Below, one piece after another: positions 53,601 to 64,000 of a DNA stretch of 64,000 bases. This stretch comes from Macrostomum lignano (taxonomy: Eukaryota): the NCBI GenBank assembly GCA_002269645.1, contig NIVC01003047.1:18129-82128 (forward strand). The letters are read 5' to 3'. Position numbers and translations under genes: made by a program. The stretch's first letter is position 1. Each line of letters begins with the position of its first letter. Below the pieces are notes generated by a model. The model ran no database searches, was not told the DNA's origin, and was given only the letters and a program-made list of their open reading frames with translations.

Positions 53601-54160
53601 GATTAGAAAAGATCAAAGATTAGATGAACCAATAAAATAGCCATCTTTGCTTTAGTTAGTTCGGTATCAGCTGCCAGAAGTTCCCCAAATAGGTGTCAAT
53701 CGTTGCCGAACTTTGCTCCAAGAAAAGAACCGCTTTTCGAAAACGAAGTTCGAGTTTGCAATTTTCGTAATTAAGCAATTTCAGCAGCAATAAATTATAT
53801 TTCCGAGTCGCGAAGCAATTCTCTCCATTTATGGCCCCCAGCTGAGAATGATGGCTACGCTCGGTGCTGGAGGCGGCTGGCCTGGAGACCTCTGGAGGCT
53901 GTTTTTTCGGAGGGGTTTCGTCGGGGTGGGCGGTCGAAAATAAATAAAGCTGGCCAGAGAGAAGCGGCTGGCGTGAGCGAGCTGGGGCCGGCGGGCACCG
54001 GCGGGAACGGGGCTGTTGGCCCCCACCCGCCGCCCTGCCACGTCAGCTTGCAGCCGAGGTCTCGACCAGTTGGCCTGGAGGGGTGGGGGGGGGGTAAAAG
54101 ACAGAAGTTGAGCACAATAGTAAGACAACATCGGGCACAATGAGGCAAGCATCTCAATGC

Positions 54161-54215
54161 CCAAATTTGGCAATGGAAGCGAAGCCCATCAAAATTGCGC
54201 CAAGTCCAAATATGG
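54161..54215 (+). promoter_or_regulatory. Two CArG boxes (SRF-binding consensus CC[A/T]6GG) in the actin proximal promoter
   Basis: CCAAATTTGG at 54161-54170 and CCAAATATGG at 54206-54215, 140-190 nt upstream of the actin ATG. CArG/SRF control of actin genes is established. Confidence 0.75.
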
Positions 54216-54334
54216 CAATGGACCGCCGGGCCGGCGCGGCCTACAAATAGGCGCTACTCGGAGCAGCCGAGCCACTCCTCACTGCCACAGCCACCTGCGC
54301 TAAATCTATCAGTTTCTATAAGCCAACTCGCTAA

Positions 54335-55585
<1,251 letters not shown>

Positions 55586-56461
55586 ACTCCCCGCCTGCGC
55601 GTGACTTTAAATGAAATTAATTTACATTCATGTTGCATCTCGTCTTACTCGGAATCAGACGCACTTTTGCACTAAATCAATAAACAGACTTTGACAGCCG
55701 TCAGCTGGCCAATTAGCTCGGTTTTTTTGTAATGCCACGCTTAAAAACAATTTTTGTATAATAAGCAACGCACTGACTTGGTTTCGTGGTTCCTACTGTT
55801 TTTATAAACTATACTCAGCGACATAAAAAAGTCGCCATCACAGAAGATTCCGTCTGTGGTCGCCACTTTTGAGAGTGCAGGTAAAGCCTCTCAATCTTTG
55901 CGAGTGACGCAACTTAGCTACGCCGCGGTAGACTTGACGCCGCGTTGGACGGATTAATGCTACCTCGATCAGTTTTCTCATACTTCAGTTATCTTTTATT
56001 TCAGAATAGTCCAAGAGAAGTTGCTCGCTGGCGCATATAGTGGCGATTTTTCGATGTTGCTGAGTATATATCTGATATTACAACAATATGAGCTCAATTT
56101 TACAAATTGAGAGGGCAACTACTATAGGACGGCTAACGTATTTAGTAAGTTTAGCCCTCTAAGTCCTAAGTAGCAACCAGTTCAAGCAGATTAATACAGA
56201 ACTATCGCCGACATGCACACCTGCTATTCACGCCGAGTTCCTACAGCGCACGCTATATCTACAACCTGTACTGAGCTGAGCAGACTTAACCTCTAGCATA
56301 GTTGGGTCAAAACTGATACGGCGGGTTGAGTACACGCTTGTAGAGGCGCACGCAGCGCTCATTCGATCTTAAATATGCGTGCGTAAAGGTTAGAAGCCAA
56401 CTCTGCACTGTGACTGGAATCTGCAGCCGCTGATCTAAACTTTTAGCTGCAGTTGGCAAAA

Positions 56462-57346
56462 ATGTCGCTTAACTGGAAAGACTGGATTACGCCCAGATAT
56501 TCCACCGATGCCATCGTGCAGAAGGTGGCCGAAGAATTTGAATACTTTGACGATGACATTGTGGTGTCCACCTACCATAAGTCTGGGACGACACTAACGC
56601 AGGAGATGATCTCCTGTCTGATTCTGGGGCCGGAGAAGACTAAGAACACGGCACTCCTGCGCAGGTCGCCCTTCATCGATTTCTACAAGCACCTGCCCAG
56701 AGACCCCATGGAAGAGGCGCGAACGCTTCCCAGGCCGCGGGTGCTCAAAACCCACCTGCCGCCGGCCTTCCACATGCGTCATTTGAGCGACCGTTCTCCC
56801 GACGTGGGACCTAAGAACGTCATTGTCATTCGCAACCCCAAAGACGTTGTTGTGTCGGCCTTTCACCACTTCACCGGGACGAAACTGTTCGACGGCAAGC
56901 CGATTCCGGACAAGTTTTCCGAGTACTGGCGCAGCGCCATCTTCCAGCCGGGGAACGTCTCGCACCACGACATTTTCGACTTCAACCGGTCCTGGTGGTC
57001 GTTTAAGGACCACCCGAGGGTCTTCGTGCTGTTCTACGAAGACATCGTGCGGAACAAAGCAGATCAAGTCCGAAAACTGGCCAAGTTTTTGGGAGTCGAG
57101 CTCACCGACGAGCTGCTCGAGGCCACCCTGGACCTCACCAGTTTCCAGACTATGCGGGAGAACCCTAACGTGAACTACTCCATTGCCGAGAGGGCCAAGG
57201 ATGATTGGAAGCCGGGCAGCAACTTCATTCGCAAGGGCGAGATCGGCGACTGGAAGAATCACTTTACAGTAGCCGAGAACGAGGAGTTCGACCGGTACAT
57301 CGCGGAGCGGATGCGCGGCTGCGACTTGAAGTTCACGTTTGAATGA
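56462..57346 (+). CDS. Cytosolic sulfotransferase (SULT1-like, Sulfotransfer_1), 294 aa, intronless
   Basis: 5'-PSB loop STYHKSGTT; RSPFIDF; catalytic KTHL; 3'-PB motif IRNPKDVVVSAFH; FYEDI; C-terminal FIRKGEIGDWKNHFTVAENE.FD. Confidence 0.95.
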   Translation: MSLNWKDWITPRYSTDAIVQKVAEEFEYFDDDIVVSTYHKSGTTLTQEMISCLILGPEKTKNTALLRRSPFIDFYKHLPRDPMEEARTLPRPRVLKTHLPPAFHMRHLSDRSPDVGPKNVIVIRNPKDVVVSAFHHFTGTKLFDGKPIPDKFSEYWRSAIFQPGNVSHHDIFDFNRSWWSFKDHPRVFVLFYEDIVRNKADQVRKLAKFLGVELTDELLEATLDLTSFQTMRENPNVNYSIAERAKDDWKPGSNFIRKGEIGDWKNHFTVAENEEFDRYIAERMRGCDLKFTFE

Positions 57347-58059
57347 GTTTACATGTATGTGGAGCAGCAGAAAACTTTTTATATTTCTGGGTGCCTGGCT
57401 ATCATAGAGCATTGCTACATTTTGATATCTTGATTTGATTTGCTGACACTTATTGCAATTGACAGCATCGGACAGCATCCGATTCAAAAAAGACTCAAAC
57501 TGCACGAGTGATGAATGGAGTCTGAAGCTGTATGAAAATAAATGGAAAAATGAAAAAAACCGAAACTGCCGTGTTTATTAATTTGCGTTTCGAATGGTTT
57601 GGAACTTTAATAGTTCTTTTTGGTTTTGACTACTAAGCATAAAACTGAATCCATCAAGCGTAGGCGATGAGTCCAATTTTACAATTGCGAATTATAGACA
57701 CCAAACTGATTCGCATTGAGCATTCAGCCATCATTGGAAGTCGCACGTATAGAGCCAACAAAACTTTATATGCTGAGTATGATCTCAGCTTCCGCGCAGC
57801 AGTTGCGGCATACAAAAGGCCAGCAAGTGCAGTCATCATCTACCATGTTCGCACCTTTTGTTCACCTTTCAGTGAATGTAGATGCTGCAGAATGAACTCT
57901 CTAGCATAAAATCAGCTCACTTAGCCCAGTCACCTACAACGTAACTCTGGAGATCTCTCGAAAAGGCTGAGACATCTCATGAAGGAGCGCCTGTTCAGTA
58001 TAATTGTTATGGCAGCACTGCTTTTAGCTAGTGATTGACAGCGGCGGGCTCAGCCAGTC

Positions 58060-59595
58060 TATCTGACTCCCAGATCACCTAATTTATCTGACTCTCAACC
58101 AATCTATCGGACTCTCACCCAAACTATCAGACTCTCACCCAATCCATCAGACTCTCATCCAATCTATCGGACTCTCATCCAATCTATCTGACTCTCACCC
58201 AAACTATCTGACTCTCATCCAATCTATCTGACTCTCACCCAATCTATCGGACTCTCATCCAATCTATCTGACTCTCACCCAAACTATCGGACTCTCATCC
58301 AATCTATCTGACTCTCACCCAATCTATCGGACTCTCAACCAATCTATCGGACTCTCACCCAATCTATCTGACTCTCACCCAATCTATCGAACTCTCATCC
58401 AATCTATCGAACTCTCACCCAATCTATCGGACTCTCACCCAATCTATCGGACTCTCACGGAATCTATCTGACTCTCACCCAATCTATCAGACTCTCACAG
58501 AATTTATCTGACTCTCACCCAATCTATCAGACTCTCACCCAATCTATCGGACTCTCACCCAAACTATCAGACTCTCATCCAATCTATCAGACTCTCACCG
58601 AAACTATCGGACTCTCATCCAATCTATCTGACTCTCACCCAATCTATCGGACTCTCAACCAATCTATCGGACTCTCACCCAATCTATCGAACTCTCATCC
58701 AATCTATCGAACTCTCACCCAATCTATCGGACTCTCACCCAATCTATCGAACTCTCAACCAATCTATCGAACTCTCATCCAATCTATCGGACTCTCACCC
58801 AATCTATCGGACTCTCATCCAATCTATCTGACTCTCACCCAATCTATCCGACTCTCACCCAATCTATCGGACTCTCACCCAAACTATCAGACTCTCACCC
58901 AATCTATCAGACTCTCATCCAATCTATCGGACTCTCACCCAATCTATCGGACTCTCACGTAAACTATCAGACTCTCACCAAATCTATCAGAATCTCACCC
59001 AATCTATCTGACTCTCATCCAATCTACCAGACTCTCATCCAATCTGACTCTCACCCAATCTATCAGACACTCACACCCAAACTATCGGACTCTAACCCAA
59101 TCTATCGGACTCTCAACCAAACTATCAGACTCTCACCCAATCTATCAGACTCTCACCCAATCTATCAGACTCTCACCCAAACTATCGGACTCTCACCCAA
59201 TCTATCGGACTCTCACCCAATCTATCAGACACTCACACCCAATCTATCTGACTCTCACCCAATCTACCAGACTCTCATCCAATCTGTCTGACTCTCACCC
59301 AATCTATCAGACTCTCACCCAAACTATCGGACTCTCACCCAATCTATCGGACTCTCACCCAATCTATCGGACTCTCACCCAATCTATCAGACACTCACCC
59401 AATCTATCTGACTCTCACCCAATCTACCAGACTCTCATCCAATCTGTCTGACTCTCACCCAATCTACCAGACTCTCATCCAATCTGTCTGACTCTCACCC
59501 AATCTATCAGACTCTCACACAATCTATCGGACTCTCACCCAAACTATCGGACTCTCACCCAATCTATCGGACTCACACCCAATCTATCGGACTTT
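58060..59595. repeat. 20-bp satellite (ACTCTCACCCAATCTATCGG and variants), about 1.5 kb
   Basis: Directly visible; contiguous units with no spacers. Confidence 0.97.
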
Positions 59596-60041
59596 GTATT
59601 AAGCATGAAAATCAGATTCTAGTGTGCGACCATTTCGAGTTTGAAATGACTCAAACAAAAAATAATGCAATAACAAACTAAAATCATGTTTTACTTGAAC
59701 AAACGAGCGAAATAGCACTAAGCCTTTAATTATTAATCATTTCTTATATTTCCATTTTAGACAGTACAGAACAGTCGGTTTAAGATTACAAAGACGGCAA
59801 ATAAGAAAGTAAACACAAGTACTTGCTTTATCGCTGGATAGCCACATAGTTTCATTAGCGTTTTAAAGCCTAAAGGGGCAAACTAGATTACTAGTAGTAG
59901 TATTTTTTATCAGACGTTAGCGGGCGCTGAGACGCAGGAAAACCTTCTAGTTGGGCTGAATAAGTAAATTGGGATAAACTAAAGCATAGCATAGAACAAT
60001 ATTGATGCTTCAGACAAGAGTTCCGCCGGGCTCCGTCCCGG

Positions 60042-61147
60042 TCACTCAGCAGCCACCGGGTTGTACTGATAGTGCAGATTGGCCGTGTCGTAATTGCCGA
60101 TGAACTTCCAGCCGTCGGGTTTCACCAGGTACAGGTTGTTGCTGTTGCCGCTGCCGATGTCGCGGTAGGTGGCATGGTAGATGGCCCGCCTGCCCAGCTC
60201 CAGGGCCTCATCGTCGGTCATGTCCCAGCGGTAGCAGGTGTCCAACACTCCGTAGGCGTAGGTGGATCCGGAGCCCACGGCGAACAGGTTGCCGGAGTGT
60301 CTGGTGCCGTCATCGTCAACATAGTAGAGGCCTGGGCCTTTCTTGTCCCAGCCGACAATCATGGTGCCGATGCTGAGGCCGTAGCCTTTGTAGTTGTACA
60401 GAATATTCGCCAGCAGCTTGGAGGCGGCGGCAACGCTGATGCGCTCCTGCGTGCGTGGGAGAGGTGCAAAATATGCTCGATGAAGACGGTACTTGGGAAA
60501 GAATCATCCCTGAGGCGCTACAGGTGACATACGTAAAATTGGAAAGAAGAAGCTTGAGATGACTTTAAAACCACGAGATGTCACGGTAAAAGTCGCCAAA
60601 AATCGTCAAAGAGTCGCCTAAGAGTCACTTTGTTATTGCCTGCGACTTTGGAAAAACACAATGGGTAGCGTATTTGAACGGTATTCTCAACTGAGGTATT
60701 TTCGGTTAGCTAAATTTAACTATCAACCCCGCAACAAGTGCGCAACCTATTTTGCTCTCACTTAGAAGAAATTCAATTCAAATTCTGTCATGGCTACTCT
60801 TCAGTAGACGAGTGGCTGCAACTTACAGATCTAGCACAGGTGAAAGATCTGGGTGCCCAAGCTGCTCACCTTATTTCGCAGCTCATACAGCCAGCACTCC
60901 TGGCTGAGCACTCGCTGCCAGAACTGGCAGTCCGCAGCGCCACCAGCCATTGTGCCCAGCAAGAACGGGTTGATCTCGATCACTTTCTTCACAGTGCCTG
61001 AGGCGATGTAGGCACCAGCTGAGGCGCGACTGTCAACAGACACCACAATGCCATTGGAGTATTTGAAGGCCAGACAGGTGGTGCCGTGGTTGAAGTTGAT
61101 GCGCAAGTTGCCACTCTGCAGTCCGTGCTTGACTGGCTGAGGCAGCT
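60042..61147 (-). CDS. PSMB5: Proteasome subunit beta type-5 (chymotrypsin-like). Exons: 61147/61136-60870 and 60446-60042; the propeptide exon was not located
   Basis: NHG|TTCLAFKY...DSRASAG...[28 protein letters not shown]; [14 protein letters not shown]; [13 protein letters not shown]; FAVGSGS; YRD.GSG. Counting from Thr1 places D17, K33 and M45 correctly. Confidence 0.93.
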
Positions 61148-61959
61148 CTGTTGGTAATTGATAGCAAATTAATTCATCAATTTTAAATCAACAAAACTAC
61201 TATAAGTACTGAGTTTCTTTTGGTATTGAACAGTACCATATGTCAGTTGGTACAGTGTCAAGAAATATGTTAACCAGTGCAATATCTTTGGTTTTTCAAT
61301 TCACTTAGCAGATCAATAGAACTTTATTATGGGTAGTCCTGCATTCAGTCATTAACAAATTAATTATATAGTTTGGGCTTATTTATCAAAAAATGAATTA
61401 GATTTAGGGTTATTAATGAATAAATTAATTCTAAACTTGGGCTTGGGCAAATTAGTTATGGTCATAGACTTGGTTCATAGATTTTTACTTGCATTTATGC
61501 AACAATTTATTGTGAAAGTTAATGAAGATTATATTTAGGCTCTAATCAATTTTTTTAATGCATTTTATTTTTTTTAGGTATATAGATGACTTAGATGCAA
61601 GTTGTTTGTCTAATTTCTCAGTAATATGCTAAAAAAGTAATCAACCACTTATTAAAAAGCTCAGAGCATTTAGACTAAAAACCCTATACTAATTAGATAC
61701 TCTAAGAATAAAAAACCAACAATTAACATTTGTAAGTCGACGTGTTTCGCACTCCATTGTGCATCTTCAGGTTTATTCTATTAGAATGAAAAAAACTGAG
61801 GCTAACGATGATAAATATTTGTGTGATGCAGAAAAATTGATGAGTAATTAATTATTCTATACAATAAATTTGTCTAAACATCAATAGGCAGGTCAGGGGA
61901 AGAATTTTTGGCAGAACAGTGCAGTCCATAGTTGGCATTCTCTCTCAAAACTTAAAAAA

Positions 61960-63580
61960 ACACAGAGAACATGGCCCACGCCACCATGTTGGAGCTGAGT
62001 GTTGAGGTTGGGGGACAAAGCTTTTGTGTGCATGGCCTCAAGAATCTTAAGTTAATAATCAGATGTACATTGGTCAATAATTATAAAGCATTCATTAGGA
62101 ATGCTATTGGAGCAGCTATTGCATTCTAAGAGGTAGGCTTGAATGGCCAATGGTTTGAGCCAGTGCTCTCTGGTTCTGGTATGCAAGTGTCTTTTTGTTT
62201 TCCCCACATAGGAGACACTCTGGTTACCAAAGCAGTTGAAACAGTAGACAACACCTGCATGCAGAGCACATGGCATATGTGACTTCAAATGGCCAACAAA
62301 ATCACTAATTTTGGATGAACAAAAGATGATACAGATTTTAATTTTCTATTCAGCATGTTGTTTAAAATGTTGCTGATTTTGCTTTTAAAGATAAGAGATG
62401 GATAACCAAAGAAAGGAAAAAGTTCGGTTCATTGGGGTTGATGTTTTCAGCTTTAGTGGTTTGTTGTGGTTGACTTTTTTGGTAATGAATTTATTGATGT
62501 TGTAATGGATGAAGACAAGTGGGTAGCTATTTTGTTTGAGGTTTTGGTTAAGGTTTTGACTTCTTAGTTGAAGTTGATCCAGGTGTTGCAGACAGTAAAA
62601 GCTCTGTGAAGCAAACATCTGATCCAACCGGATTTCCACTGTCTACCCTATAGGAAAAGTTGTAAAACTGCCGACAGTGTCCAGCACACTTTTGAAACTT
62701 TTCTAAAGTGCAGTGCACACACAGGCGTGCAGCGCCTGCGCGCGCGGTGCCCCTCCCCGCTGGCTGCTGCTCAAGCAAATAAATATACATGGAAGGGGGC
62801 CTAATACCTCTGTAGAAGGAGCCTATACACTTGCCATTTATAATACCTAGCGATGCTCCAAAATTTCAATTTCAATTTTCCAAAATTTGAAATTTTTAAG
62901 AGCAAATTTCTATTTTGAAAAAAAATCGGAAGTCAAAATTTTGAAAGTGTCTAAGTGGCTAAAAATAAACAGCGAGTAATTTCTGCTACATATACATGTA
63001 TTTTGTTTTGCATAAGCAGTAAATCAAAACATAAAAAGTAAGTGTTAGTCATATTAAACTTTGTTTTTCTGAATTTTGATTTTGGAAAATTTCAAGTTCA
63101 ATTTCAATTTCGGAAAGTTATCGAATTTTGATTTCGACAAATTGAAATGGACAATTTTGTCAATTGCAATGGAACATCTCTAATAATGCTAAAGCGCAGT
63201 AAAATAATTTGACTCTACTCTAAAGCGCGCGTCCGCGGGTTTTAAACTTTTATTCCAATAGGGACTGTCTAGGGCACAATGCTTGATAGTTGAGAATGAG
63301 ATTGGTAGTAGAGAGATTACCATTGTTGAAATCAATTTCGATGTCAAGGAATAGAAGTTTTTGGTCAGGAGTGGTCTCAATGGGAAATTTGATGTTTTCA
63401 TGTCTGGAGTTAAGAGTATCAAAGAAACAGTCTAGTTTGTTTTTGCAATCAAGGATGGCAAAAGTGTTATTGACATTATGTCTATAGAATTTTGGGGCAG
63501 TTGAGGGATCACCAGGGTTGGTTTCCAAATGGGTCATGTAAACATTAGCAAGAGTAGGGCAAATGGACTTCAAACTCAAA
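61960..63580 (-). mobile_element. Decayed Penelope-like retroelement (RT C-terminal part at about 63580-63190, linker, GIY-YIG endonuclease at about 62330-61960), interrupted by AT-rich insertions
   Basis: RT remnant PTLANVYMTHLE...PKFYRHNVNNTFAI...FFDTLNSRHENIKFPIE...LLFLDIEI, with the YVDD motif degraded. Linker LKQNSYPLVFI. GIY-YIG GVVYCFNC...YVGKTKRHLHTRTREH...FIIIDQC...EA....LSPNLNTQ. The two domains are on the same strand in the expected order. Confidence 0.85.
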
Positions 63581-64000
63581 TTTGTAACTTGTAATTTGTA
63601 AATCGTAGTCCAATGGAATTAGAAACCATAAATAAAATGAAAAAGACAAAAGCAAATTAACTTTTACTTTTTTAGAGATGGAAATCTTTAAATAAATAAA
63701 TAGTAAGTGGTGTATAATGTTTCTTGTTTTTTATTTTGTTTTAACATTTCTTTCAAAAAACTTAATTTTTAATAGTTCTTACCTGTTCAACAGATAAATA
63801 TTGTCCATGCCAAACATCTATGCCAGACACCAATACGCCGGCACAGTGGTGCACAATTGGCGTAGCTGTTGTTACGCCGGACATTATACACCAAGCACAT
63901 TTTCAGGTCTGTTGTACATCAGAATTTTTTGGCATATATGTAAGATTCGAGAGTAGGGCTCGCAATAATTGTTTTGAACATGAGAATTCCTAAGGTTGCT

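Noticed and set aside
58060-59595. Possible CRISPR-like array
   Set aside because: The 20-bp units are contiguous with point variants and no unique spacers. There are no cas genes and the context is eukaryotic. The same applies to the arrays at 45620 and 47745.

Overview
This is eukaryotic animal genomic DNA, not prokaryotic: it has spliceosomal GT-AG introns, GC-rich exons and introns packed with micro- and minisatellites. That style is reminiscent of the flatworm Macrostomum, but the species is only an inference. Genes I reconstructed by hand, with splice phases checked, are: a C2orf50/CIMIP5-like ciliary protein (+); a single-exon secreted acidic prepropeptide with an internal TAG (+); a Quiver/Sleepless-type Ly6 GPI-anchored protein (+); an 11-exon NWD1/2-like NACHT protein of about 1978 aa ending in a Dpy-30 docking motif (-); a Mab-21/cGAS-like receptor (cGLR) of about 1170 aa with 11 atypical 33-aa repeats plus canonical ankyrins, transcribed divergently from the NACHT gene (+); TMEM181 (+); an unidentified single-pass membrane protein (+); a WS/DGAT wax-ester synthase (-); an actin with two CArG boxes (+); an intronless cytosolic sulfotransferase (+); and proteasome beta5 (-, 5' part not located). 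There is also a decayed Penelope-like retroelement, several MITE/foldback elements and more than 20 different tandem-repeat arrays. The most interesting region is the head-to-head NACHT-Dpy30 / repeat-ANK-cGLR pair at 11-26.5 kb. No database searches were run; family calls come from motif recognition.
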